Assembly (NCBI GenBank): GCA_047495785.1
Contig: JBLDXI010000021.1
Span: forward strand, 496,001 to 560,000
DNA: 64,000 nt
DNA from: Lepidodermella squamata
Lineage: Eukaryota; Animalia; Gastrotricha
Direction: 5' to 3'
In this document: piece after piece, positions 39,186 through 51,116 of the stretch
Layout of the letters: every line of letters begins with the position of its first letter
Position numbering within the stretch: the first letter of the stretch is position 1
Notes under the pieces: generated by a model
Databases searched by the model: none
Told to the model about the DNA's origin: nothing
What the model saw: only the letters and a program-made list of their open reading frames with translations
Position numbers and translations under genes: made by a program

Positions 39186-39748
39186 AAATCGCGGACTAAT
39201 TCATCCTCGCAAAACACTCGTTCTTCCAACGATGCGACGCCGTCGGTGAACGGTGGAGCGGCTAGCAATCACCGGTCGAGCAATGGCGTCGCGAGTCGAA
39301 CGGCAGTCGGCGGCCTGCCGACGCCGAGCGGCAGCGGCGAATCGACCGATGAAGACATTTCCGGTTCGCAGTTCATGCCAAGTGGCCCCGTACCCCCTGT
39401 CCCGCCTGGCCTGTCTGACCGCATAGCTGACTGGTCGATCGGTGATGTTGCTACCTACTTCCGTTCAGCTGGCTTCACTGATCAGGCTCGCCTAGTCTCA
39501 GATCAGGTAAAAATTTCAATTTTTTATTTTTAAATATTTTTAATAATTTTTTTAATTAGGAAATTGATGGTGCTGCGTTATTACTCCTGAAACGTGATGA
39601 TATCATTCACGAACTCGGCTTTAAGCTGGGGCCAGCTCTCAAAATTTATCAAATCATCGCTGCGTTGCAACGGAAAACAGTTCTGGCGAGTACATGCCAT
39701 GGCCCTGATGGCGTCGATGCCGCTGGACCCGACGTCATGGTCGGCTGA
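35439..39748 (+). CDS. SAMD1/KAT6-related chromatin reader: SAMD1-type winged helix, second (H15-like) winged helix, double PHD finger, Polycomb-type SAM
   Basis: Exons 35439-36156, 37725-38632, 38979-39506 and 39560-39748. WH: TIDDLRRRKARPNLKNI...KVDYKGQASYRN. DPF: CRIC..CATC..HSSC..WMCPSCRTCTFC..CDQCDRSYHMTC..WLCSAC. SAM: WSIGDVATYF..QEIDGAALLLLKRDDI..LGFKLGPALKIY. Confidence 0.88.
39153..39185 (+). repeat. (CAA)11 coding microsatellite, polyQ
   Basis: Pure CAA run within exon 3 of the WH-PHD-SAM gene. Confidence 0.95.
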
Positions 39749-42732
39749 TTGTTGTTTTACGAAATCCAGTCATCTCTCAAATGATTGTACGAAAGGATAA
39801 AAAAATCATTATATTTGAAACGCTTGTTGTCACCGCCGGAAGCATTTCTTTTGTATCAGCACTCTGACTTATTGTGATGATTTTTTTTGCAAGCTGCAAC
39901 TCTGCCGCGTAGCCTCTTCTTAAACGTCTTCTTCTCCTTATTATTATTACCATCACAGAAATTTATTCTAATCATTATTACAATCGTAACTATGGCAAAG
40001 TTCGATGTGCTAACTAAATCTCGCGAACTAGATTTCTATTCATGCAAAACAGCAGCACGCCTCGACTGAATTTCAACCAGAAAAAAATGCACTTGATATA
40101 CGGCTCACTTTCGCTATTTTTCCTCGCGCGTTTTCATGTAACTTGAAAAAAACAGTCAATTTTTTGGTTGGAAGTTTCTGCAATTGAAAAATGATTTCTA
40201 ACTGTGAACGCGTGGTATTTGATATAAAATGGTTAGATATACTTTCAGCTTTTCTTCTTATTCGGTAAACGTTGGCAAAATGTAAATATCTTTATTATAC
40301 GCGGTGGTTATTGAAGCGCCGTCAAATTTCTGTAAATAAGAATTTGTGAGCGGCTGAAAAAATTCGGTAAAAAATGTCTAGCGAGGCCTGCGTGCTTTTT
40401 ATCTCTGGGTTCGCTAACAAGATTAAATTTTTCAAACAAATGGATTCAAAATGACGATAATGTTGATTAAAAGATGATGATGTAAACAATAAAAATATGA
40501 CAAATCTTCATTCAAGTCTGTTTGTTGTTTTCAAAAAATCAGGCGTTAATGGCAAATTAGCCGCTGTCAATCGCTGCTCTCTGAATAAGATGATGCGGCG
40601 TCGTAAAAACACAGCCGAGTGTCACATAACGCGTCTCGCCTGATGAGGCACTCGAAGGCTACCTTTTCAACATGGCGTCTGCCTTAATCGGCTTTTAATT
40701 AATCGCGAAAAAAGGTGCGTCTTTCAATCGTCTCAATTGATCGAGCGCGCATCAATCCTCGGCGAAATTTCTGTTTTATCGCGCTAGGTAAACAAACCTC
40801 GCAAAAGCTACTTAGCCAGAGAAAAATTAATTTCGCCTCTTACACACAGCCAAAATCACCCAAAAGTGACGAAAATTTCGGTATAGATTTCTAGCATTAT
40901 TTGGTACTTTGTGACCGTATATAGGTCCTCCGCCTTCCAACTGCTAATATGTACGAAATAATGTTATTTACGGGGATAATTGTTTTCTATTTTTACAACC
41001 TTATATGGTCGCTGTTATGCCTTGGGGATAAAGGCGCAGCACGTTGCAAGGCTTGCGTTTTCGCGCAAATTTTGGTCGACGTTTGTTGACGCGCTTTACC
41101 ACCTAGAGCGCAGCCGTTTACGCGCGAGTGCGGTTCTGCCGCGCTTGCTTGAGACGCGTCGTCCAGAGTTCACGCAAATGTAGGCTCAGCGAACCTTGTA
41201 AGAACGTACCCAAAAGCAGCAGTTTAATAGGATAACAAAACGATAAAATTCACTCGTCATGCCAGCTTTTATATCCCGAAATGCAATGGACTGCTGTGTG
41301 GAATTTAACAACTTATAATTAATATGTAACAAATTTACTAACCCCATCAATGATACATGCAGAGTTTTCTCTAAAAGTTTGCATCCCGTCATAAAAAAAC
41401 GATCACACGATCTATTGATGCCCTTCCTCAACTTCGGCTATTTTTTGCTACTTAAGCCTGGTTATCTCAGTCTCGGGGTCATTGCAATTTTAATCCAACA
41501 AAAAGTTATAACATTTATGAAGTAAACCTCTCCTTTGGTGGATATTCGAAATCTGAGCCTTTTCTGGCTATTCTCGCTGAAAAATCATCCAAAAATCCTT
41601 AGCTAAAGCTTGCTTCGCTCGCGTCATTCTCTGCAGAAATTGCATGTAGGTCTTGGAAAATATTGGAAATTTCAAGAGAAAATAGCCATGCAGGCGCGAT
41701 ATTTCTATTTTTAGCTTGGTTTTCTGGGCGTTTAGATGAGCGGATTGGAATTCTTTGAGGTCGCAAATTCGCTTCAAGGTTCTTTTAGGTCGCCAGCAAC
41801 GACGCATCTTTAACCAAATCCAAGAATTTTTGAAATTGATCACGGTGCAATCCATCTATTCAACAATTTACAATCCAACTAATTCTTGTTGAGCTGATCA
41901 TCACTATTCCTACTATAAACTTAACCTCGGGTATAAAGAAAATTCGGTCTGTACCAAAAGTATAAAATTGAGGCACTTATTCCTCCGTGTTTTCATTATT
42001 CAATAATAGCAAGTATGAATCTTGACTGAGAAACGTATTTACGCCATTTCCATTTCCCATGCCCCACGCTGATACCTAAAATTAAACAACAATCCAGTTT
42101 CCGTGACATGGTTTTTATTGACACAATAATCTTCAAGCTATAACGCTGCCTACCTTGCGTGGATGACTGCTCACAATTATTTTGAAATACCAACGCATTC
42201 TGCTGGGTAATATTTTCAAGAAGCGGACGAAAAAGTACCACGCGCTAAAACCAGATGAAGTTCTTTTTATGGAGCGCGCCGCCCCCCAGGAGAGCGCTCA
42301 CGCGATAAACAGTCAAAAACTTGCGGAGCGTAACGTTGTCGACGAAACTCAAAAATCTCATTGTTGACAGCGGCGCGTTCAGCGACGGGCGCCTCATGTC
42401 ACGCGGCATTGTCGCCACGCTTTGTTCTGGTCCTTGCTTGCTGTACACATCCCACTGTTTTGCGACCACTTTTTGCCCAAACAGAAGCAGCGCCATATCA
42501 CACGCTTTTCCGCTGCAGCCGTTGTCGCCTTTATTTGGTCTAAATTGGTTTATTGTGCGCGCTATGACAATATTATTATTACCATAACCTGTAATTCGTA
42601 AACGCGGCGTCTTACATAAGGTAAACAAAACGAAATTGCGTTGCTCCTTCCTTGAATCGCCGTTTAAATTTTGCTAAAAAATTTAGCGATTGTTTTAATA
42701 CATTGTAACAGCGATCCAGTTGCACGGAAATT

Positions 42733-45539
42733 ATGGGGCGGTGTCGCGATGGTTTCGGCGCAACCGCTTTACTTTTCATCGCTACATTATCGGCAAAAGT
42801 TCAAGCTGTAACAAGTAATGATTCGAATACCGTTTCAAGTTGCCAAGATATAACTTTCTTTAAAATTAGTTGGATGTCCGACAAATGCGTTACCTTATGT
42901 GAATGCTGCCACAACTAAACTCAACTTTCCTCCCCCTTACAATCTATCCCCGATCGGAGGCACTGTTTTGTACATTTGCGATGCTGGGTACGACCTTGTC
43001 GGATCGGCTAATGTTACATGTCTTTCAACATCGCGCTGGAGTCGTTCGCCTCTCTGTTTAAAACGTAAGAATTATTATTACGATTTACTAAATTTAATTG
43101 GTGAAAAGATGGAATATTTTCAAATGCGAAGAAGCTTGCTTGTGAAACGTCGAATTGGGAAGTACTTTATCTCTTAACGTTCTGGCGAAACACTTACTGC
43201 GTAGATAGGCTTCAATGTAACTGGCCGCTTAGCTCAGTTGGTTAGAGCGTCGTGCTAATAACGCGAAGGTCGTGAGTTCGATCCTCCCAGTGGCCACATG
43301 TTTTTACTGTTTTTTTATTTTATTTATTATTTTATTTTTTCAATAATTACTAAGAAATGAGTGAAGCAATTTGAGCAGAGACAGAATTTTCAGAAATTCC
43401 GAAGTTTATTCCCCACTATTTCTACAATTCTTTTCAGGAAACGGAGACGCGAAGCAGCAAATGAGCGGCGATGCAATGAGCATGCAGTTGCTGTACCAGC
43501 CGAAAGTGCTTGGTCAACTGAATCCCTCCCAAGTAGTTCGAGACTCCATCGCGCAACCGGAACAGGGTGTCTCAAACGACCAAATGTCGCAGTTTTCAAA
43601 GAGTCAAAAAGTAGCCGACGAATATTACATAATTTCACCTGGAAACAGTAACACAAATACGCGATTCGTGTCCAGCGACCAGCCAAAAGACACGCCTAGT
43701 ATCCAACCAACAAAGCAATCTATCGCTATGCTGTTCGCTAACAGCCGGCCAAGCACCGAACCTATCCCCCAGCTGTATCCTAAAACAGGAGGAGCAGCCA
43801 TGCAGTTTTGCCCGCCGGCTCCCAAGTTGGAATACGCTGATGTCTCTGCTACATCAATTTGGCCGGGAGACATTGCTCGAGAAGGAGATACAGTCGATGT
43901 AAATTTTAAAATGTACCTTCAAGGTCAATTTTATTGTTTTAATAATTTTAGTACAAATGCTTGGAAGGCTTCATGGATCAGCATAACTACGGTACTCTAC
44001 TTCGGATGACCTGTGCATCGGGTGGGGTGTGGCGGAGTGAGTTTGATGCCTCATCTCGGAAGCCACTTTGCGTTCCCTCGATGGCACGTTGGCCGAAGGT
44101 GGAACAAAAACCAGCCCCAGTTGAGGAAGTCCCTATGTTGATGCGTAAGCCATCCGTCGTAGCAAATTTACCGCAGCCAGTTAAGGCGAACCAAGGCGAA
44201 TCTATTCTACTTGTGCCTCCCATGGAGCCGCCGAAACCGGCCCCCGAGCCTAAAAAGGATGATGAAGATGCGCCTATGATTCTGCGGAAAGAGGACAGCG
44301 GAAACGCAGCTTTGCCTAAACCCGTTAAAGCTATCGAAAACAACGGTGATTCAGGGTCTTCTGGATCGAATCTAGCCTCTCAGTTCCAGCAAAAAGCACC
44401 AGCAAAAACCGACAATAATGGTTTGCCGAGAATGACTTGCTAGGCGGCATCACTTAAATGTTTATTTTCCCAGTTTTCAAGTCTGCGCCAGTGGCTGTTC
44501 CTTTCGAGACGAGCGAAGATGAGGCTGAAAGCGAGGAAAATCAAGAAAATGAAAATGAAAATGAAAAGGAAAAGCAAAGTAATTTCAATCATTTTTTTTT
44601 AATATTTCTTTCAACGTTTTAATTACTCATATAGTGGATGTTCCTGGCATCATCGGGAATATCAAGGCGTTCTTAGAGGTAACCAAGCCAGTGGCTGCAA
44701 AGAAACTGGTGACTTGCGGCCCGGCGCCTGACGTTGTTTCTGCCGGTGTGATAAACCAATCCTTCAACAATCGGACATCAAAGCCGTCCGATTGGGTGCA
44801 GTACGAATGCGAGCGAGGCCTAAGTATGGTTGGCGACTCTTTTGTCATCTGCATGCGCGACGGCCGGTGGCAAACGATGGAAGGCTCTCTGCCGCTCTGC
44901 ATGGCGGAAAAGTGGTGCGATGACCCGCCGAAAATCACTTCGACTACGCTCGAACCGATCAACAAGACATCTGAGTGGGAGTACGCAGTTCACACGCATC
45001 AATACCCACCAGGCACTGTGCTTAGGTACAAATGCCAGCCACCTGAGTTTTTGATCGAAAGCGGCGCGGGAGAAATCGAGTGCAAAAAAGACGGCAAGTG
45101 GACTCAATCTTCGATTCAATGCATACGTAAGTGCGTGACAATGATTTCTAATGTGCCCTAATTTCGAGATTGTCCAGCGAGATTCAGACGTGAGTTCTGC
45201 TCACCGCCGCCTCTTATCAGAGGGGGCCATCCAATTTCGTTCACCGGCCTCGGCATAGGTGCGACAGCCACCTACGTGTGTGATCCTGGATTTCATTTTC
45301 TTTCAAAACAAACCGCAGGTGAGTGTCTCTCTTACGTCAATCATCCCTAGATTCTAGCTGTGTCACATCGTGTAGGGTGCAATCGATACGGCCAATGGTC
45401 GCCACTCCCTATCTGTGCTGCGTTCAAACATCGGTCGGCCGATCGAAGCGAGAAGACAAGCACGACTAGCATAAATAATAGCCTTAACAACAACAATAGC
45501 AAAGAACTCGGCAAGAGCGAAGCGGCGGCGTCGAATTAA
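42733..45539 (+). CDS. Secreted multi-sushi (CCP/SCR) protein with low-complexity linkers
   Basis: Signal-like N-terminus. About five CCP modules (YICDAGY..VTC..W..PLC; CPPAP..C..W..LC; CGPAP..YECERG..C..W..LPLC; CDDPP..YKC..W..C; CSPPP..YVCDPGF..QWSPLPIC). No TM helix; stop at 45537-45539. Confidence 0.85.
43223..43296 (+). tRNA. tRNA-Ile (anticodon AAT)
   Basis: The cloverleaf folds: acceptor GGCCGCT/AGTGGCC, D-arm GCTC/GAGC, anticodon TCGTG-CTAATAA-CGCGA, T-loop TTCGATC, discriminator A. A poly-T Pol III terminator follows just downstream. Confidence 0.95.
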
Positions 45540-45968
45540 TGTATAACACCTCTACCTCATCTCGTCTCGTCCCGACCCTATTGTGCCAATCTTATTTGTT
45601 ATGACGACGCTCGTCCCTAAATCTGACAGCAACTTATTCAGCAATCACGTTCCATCTTCTTTCTGAAATTTATGCATGTATATTTAATGTCCAGCTAATC
45701 GATATGTACTAGTGTTGAAAACACGTATACAATTTGAGTTTTTTGTATAAAAACAAAATCCGCTGGTACTTGGTGTTCGAAATGACATAAAATAGAAACA
45801 ATAAACCACAACGGAATGAAGATTTTATTTTTGGTTTTTTTTTCTCATGAAATGTTACACATTGTGCAGAAATTCTATGTATATTATCAAACGTTCACAT
45901 CATCTTCATGTCGGGTTCCAGCAAACGGCTAACAATGGCAATTAACAATGGCGGTGAGCTATTAATTA

Positions 45969-47925
45969 TTATCGAGATGGCGCTTGTTGAGCGTTCTTGA
46001 ATTTCACTTGCATAGGTCGCGGAGTGTAGCAGTAACCGTTCAGCGCTTGTACAGCTGCCACCGCCGCGTTGTAGTCCGGCATTGTCACGAACGCAAACTT
46101 CGTATTACCATTCATCGGGTCTCTCACAACATCAATTTTCTGTAATAAAGAAATAAATATATATCCTGTCATACGGACAATATGCACGCATCTAACTCAC
46201 CGAGACAGCGCCGTAATGTCCGAATAGCTCGTACAGCTCGGCCTCACTGCAAGTAGTACCGCAATTGTAAACAAAAAGTTGGTAGCCAGCGCCGTTGGGA
46301 GTTGCTGACGCTGGGTCAGCAGAGCAATCGAACTGAGTGAGCTGTGACGCAGATGGCGGCGGTGGGGGCGGAGGAGGAGGTGGTGGGACTGGGCCTCGTA
46401 CCGCCGCATATCCCGGCAACGGCGGTCTAGGCCTCGCAACAGCGCCGGTCGCACTCAGCATGTCCGCTGTGCTCGCGACATTAGCTGTAATAAAAATTTA
46501 AAAATCCGCCTTAATAACACTTTTATTACGCGTCGTCGAACCTGCGGGGTACGGAATGCGTGGATTTATGACATTAGCCGCGCTGGCTGGCGGATATGCG
46601 ACGACAGATGGTGCCTTCGGCATGTGCATTTTGACCGAGGACGCTACCATTGGGTTGTATCTCATCCTCGGCGTTGAGGTGCCTGTGCGAAGAGGACCAC
46701 CGACAGCGGCTGTCGCCATGCCATACGGCTGTTGAAAATAACGCTCACCGGGAACGCCAGGCTGAAACGGCATCGCTTGTGCGTACGGAGGTAGAAAGAC
46801 TGGCGGCGCAACAGGAACTCCTGGTGGAGGCCTTACTTTTTGTTCATTACCTATAAAATCGATAGGAATCGCGTGAACAAAAACAAAATCATAATCAGGG
46901 TTGCATGATGTGTTCTGCCTAAATGCGAATGTTTGCAAATGACAATGCGTGGATTTCCTGACCATATCTTGCTATCTACATCAATTGTGTCCCTAACTAG
47001 CGTTAAGCGTTTTAAAATATTTACCACCAGGACCTTCGGCAACTTTAACAACAAGAGGCTCCGTGCATTCGGGTAGAACAGCCCCGCTCATCTCTGCACG
47101 GCAAGCATCAGCCTCACTCTTTCGATTAAACAAAACGAAACCGGTTCCTCTGGAGGTGCCGGTGGTTTGATCTTTCAGTACACGAACTTGAATGATCTGA
47201 CCGAATTTTGAGCAGTATTCCTGAGAAACGAAAAATGCAATTTTGCAAAATAAAAAATATAAATAGCAGGTCATTACTTTGAGTTTTTCTTCGTCCCAAG
47301 ATTTGGGCAATCCGCGCATGTACAGATTGGCTTCATGCATATCCCGAGTAGGAGGACGACTAAATGCAACCTTGAGCCTTTTGTGTCCCATAACGTGGCC
47401 ATTCAGAAGCTCTATTGCCTTCGTAGCGTCGGCAACGTTCACGAATTCAACAAAGCCGAAACCGTAGCTGAAACCTGAAGAATGGGACATCAGAAAAGCT
47501 AGGTCAGAAAAAAAATAATAACCTGTTTCGCGATCTCGGCAGATCTTGCTGGCTTTCACCGGGCCACATGATAGAAACATCCCTCGGAACTCGTCGTCCG
47601 ATAAGGTTTGTGGCAAGTAATTTACAATGAGTTTGGTATTCGGCCCCTGAATGAAAATTTAGAATATTTGACGTAAAAGATAGAACCAAGAATAACTCAC
47701 CGTAGGATTGGAGTTATTCGCAGATTCTTCGGCAGCCATTCGCATTTCAACGCTGCTCTGGCTTCCATCCTCACTGGGCGAGTGTGCGGTGGATGGATTG
47801 AGACAAGCCTGCATGCCATTTCCGCTATTGCTCGAGTCGTAGTTGTCGCTCGAATCCGTTTTGCACTCGCCACCATTGCCGAAAGCTAAATCTTGAAATG
47901 TGTTCGGATGTGACACTGAATCCAT
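45969..47925 (-). CDS. ELAV/Sex-lethal family RNA-binding protein (RRM1-RRM2-Pro-rich hinge-RRM3)
   Basis: TKLIVNYLPQTL, FSYGFGFVEF, KRLKVAFSRP, ANLYMRGLPK, TGTSRGTGFVLF, LFVYNC and FAFVTMPDYNAAVAAVQALNGY, across several small introns. Confidence 0.9.
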
Positions 47926-49122
47926 AATTGGAATTTCAGTGGAACACCGTCAGCAAGACAAAATGACAACAATGTTAGATGATGTCACAATATTAGGAAT
48001 AAATAACACCTCAAAAAAGAAAAGACTCAACAATGAGGAAGGGTGGCGATTGATGTAATTGAGGTCAAATTAAGCACTATGCATATAACATTATCATCCG
48101 CAAAAAATTATAAAAATGTCATGGCAAAAATTGTCTCTTCTTGCAAGCCATCTGTAAAAATAAAATACAGCCAATAAGGAAACTATAGTCGATATCAGGG
48201 ATTCAGTATCAAAAGTCGCCCATTTTACTCCGAGCCATCCAAAAAAATACGAAACTGCACAATAAATAGAGTACAAAAATAAACATGAAAACGTGCGCTT
48301 AATTGGGGGTGCAAAAAAGTGATAAAAAAATAGAACACATACCGGATAAAAAAATTCAGCAGGGTTTGAATTGAGAGGCGGCTTGCTAGTAAAACCGGTC
48401 AGCAAATTCAGCAATATAAACTCCTAGAAAGTCAAGAACTTGAGATGTAAATGGATAGCGGATACAATAATAGCAAAAAGCAAAGATGTCACATATTAGC
48501 TAAATTGGCTATCGGATTCGTTACTCCTCAAGTACTGTAGAAATTGAAACCCTCACCGATATGTATACAAACTACAGACTTGACGAAAGTGTAAACAAAT
48601 GTACATTACACTGACGAAAAATTCGAAGATACTTTAACCACCATCTCCAATTGTCGAACATGATTTCACCAAGACACTGTTTCCAATCTCCATAGATATT
48701 AAATGTAACAAGCATTTGAAAATTCGGTAGAAGCCTAACTAATTTATTGAAATGGAATTCATAACTGGTTTAACTTATAGCCTGAAGTATGAAGTATCTA
48801 ACCTAGCAAAAATCGGCATTGAGCTTCGCTGATATTTAAAACTAATGAAGTGAATCTAAAGTCAATTGAAAACGGTAAAAGCATAATGAATACCATAACA
48901 CAAATCCGATAAATGAAGCAATATCAAGACAACATCGATCAAAATAATTCAGTTGATGTGGTATTCGCCTGCGATATGAAATCGCCAGTTAACGACAAAC
49001 CAGCACCAATCACTTAGCAGTTGAAGCCTTAACTAAGTTTAGACTAATGACTTGATACATTTTAAGATTGTTCGGGCCTGGTTATATTCTAGGCGCTCAA
49101 CCTCAAAAGCTTAGCACGTGAT

Positions 49123-49210
49123 GTCTGTCTACCGTCTACCGTCTACGTTAAGTGTCTCCTGTGTGTACTGTCTAGTGTGTACTGTCTACCGTCTAGCGTC
49201 TACCGTCTAC
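49123..49210. repeat. Imperfect (GTCTACC)n tandem repeat in the divergent ELAV-like/LACTB intergenic region
   Basis: gtctgtctaccgtctaccgtctacg ... gtctaccgtctagcgtctaccgtctac, preceded by CACGTG at 49115-49120. Confidence 0.75.
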
Positions 49211-49558
49211 GTTGTACCACGAAATTCTGCAGGAGCATCATCTGCTCTGTCACACCTGTCCCTTAAACCGGAGTATTTCTCGAAGTTCCAGGTGCCCCTT
49301 AAGAAAACTGAAAAATATTAGAACCTTTTTGGAAAAGTACAACTTACGTATTTTTTTAATTTATGCACTCAAATCGATAAAACAATGTAAAAATAATGTG
49401 ACTATAAAATAATGCTATAGAATAGCCAAAAGCTGCAAAAAGAATTGGATCTTCGATATATGCTATTTTCGGCGCCGATTTTACCGGCTACTCATGCTTC
49501 GCTAAGATATTCTTCAGTGTTCCATTTACCGTCATTTGAAGAAGTCGCTACTGCCGCC

Positions 49559-51001
49559 ATGTTAAAATGCGTGCTAAATTTCAAGCGAGCGTCAGTGGCC
49601 TTTGTCGCAGGGGCTGCTGTTGTTGCTGCGATTCGTGAAGTTGAGGATGGTCAGGTAGCAAATGACGATTCTTCTCAAAAAGAGGGTTCTCTTCTATCCA
49701 CAGCGATTGAACAGAGCAAGCGTCAGATAATGCTGTTCAGAGAAGAAACTGGCATTCCTGGTTTGTCGGTAGCGGTTGAAATTGACGGTAAATCAGTTTG
49801 GGCCGACGGCATTGGATATGCGGATGTTGAAAATCACATTCCTTGCTCTGGCAGTACAGTGATGCGTATCGCTAGTATTTCCAAACCAATCACAATGGCT
49901 CTTGTCGCGCGTTTATGGCAGGAAGGCTTGCTCGATATAGACAAGCCCATTCATCATTACGTTCCCGAGTTTGCCCCGAAAACAACCAGTGATGGAAAAC
50001 AAACTAGTCCATCATTGCGCCAGTTAGCCGCTCATTTGGGTGGCATCCGTCATTATCGTTCTGTTCATGAACAAAGAAATATTGACTCCGACCCGGCAGC
50101 CTCGCGTTTGGCTTCTCATGATGATTCCGCGCTAAGAGAGTTCTACAGTCGCAAGCGATATACTGGCGTTCGCGAGTCTCTGTCCACTTTTAAAGATGAC
50201 GAGCTTGTCTATCCTCCCGGCGAACGATTTCTCTACACGACTTACGGATATTCGCTATTGGGTGCGGCTGCTGAAGTTGCTGGAAATCGCCCGCTACCCA
50301 TACTTTATCGTCAGTTGTTTCGACATCTGGGTCTCCATAACACGCATCTGGATGATCCTCTCATGATCATTCCTCACAGATCTCGCCAATATGTTCGAAC
50401 CAAAGACGGCCGACTGGAAAATGCCCCCTACGTAGATAACTCTAATAAATGGGCTGGTGGTGGACTTATCAGCAGCGCCAAAGACATCGCTCATTTTGGC
50501 TCGGCCATGCTCAAATGCTACCAATGTGCTGAGCCCGGCTCAGTTGATTGCGAAGGCGCATACCTTAGCGGGTCAACTATGCGTGCAATATGGACACCAG
50601 TTGACCGCACACATTGTTGGCACAAGAGCGGCAAGTATGCTCTCGGATGGTGCATTTTAGAGCCACCCAAGAAAAACTCTCCGACTCCTGCTCATCCACT
50701 TCTTGATGATAACCGACCCATTTTTACTCATTCCGGTGGTGCTGTTGGCGGTACCAGTATGTTGCTTGTTTTACCAGCAAGGCAATCAAATTTTATGAAA
50801 TTGGCTCAAAACTATGCGGAGAATAAGAGGCAACAATTTGGTACGGTTAAAGCCGCTGAAGTATACAATCCTTCACAGTCTACAACAGGAATTCCTCGCG
50901 GTGTAACTGTTGCTATTCTCGCGAATCTTCAAGGTGTATCTGGCATCGGTGATCTCGCTCTCGATATTGCTCTACGATTTGACCGCGTTCGATCTGAATG
51001 A
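49559..51001 (+). CDS. LACTB: Serine beta-lactamase-like protein LACTB (mitochondrial), intronless
   Basis: GCCGCCATG at 49559. GIGYADVENHIPC..TVMRIASISK (SxxK), LAAHLGGIRHY, FLYTTYGY, NAPYVDNSNKWAGGGL, HSGGAVG. Confidence 0.93.
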   Translation: MLKCVLNFKRASVAFVAGAAVVAAIREVEDGQVANDDSSQKEGSLLSTAIEQSKRQIMLFREETGIPGLSVAVEIDGKSVWADGIGYADVENHIPCSGSTVMRIASISKPITMALVARLWQEGLLDIDKPIHHYVPEFAPKTTSDGKQTSPSLRQLAAHLGGIRHYRSVHEQRNIDSDPAASRLASHDDSALREFYSRKRYTGVRESLSTFKDDELVYPPGERFLYTTYGYSLLGAAAEVAGNRPLPILYRQLFRHLGLHNTHLDDPLMIIPHRSRQYVRTKDGRLENAPYVDNSNKWAGGGLISSAKDIAHFGSAMLKCYQCAEPGSVDCEGAYLSGSTMRAIWTPVDRTHCWHKSGKYALGWCILEPPKKNSPTPAHPLLDDNRPIFTHSGGAVGGTSMLLVLPARQSNFMKLAQNYAENKRQQFGTVKAAEVYNPSQSTTGIPRGVTVAILANLQGVSGIGDLALDIALRFDRVRSE

Positions 51002-51116
51002 AATTTACGATATTAATAACTGCTGTTCTTTCAAGAGTCTCGTCGTTATTAAAACATGCATGCAATCTTTTGGAATTAACATTGGATTATTTTTTCCGTA
51101 GAGTTGATTATAAAGT

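Noticed and set aside
41186-42628. ORFs between the SAM gene and the sushi gene
   Set aside because: No recognisable motif or splice-consistent model; possibly old repeat debris.
46852-47020. Possible C/D snoRNA in the longer ELAV-like intron (also 57620-57710 and 58158-58260)
   Set aside because: The boxes are imperfect or on the wrong strand for the host, and no guide was identified. An Infernal/Rfam scan would be needed.
49445-51001. Bacterial beta-lactamase, resistance gene or horizontal transfer
   Set aside because: The motifs match metazoan LACTB. The TTG start in the ORF track is not the real start (ATG 49559), and lack of introns alone is not evidence of HGT.
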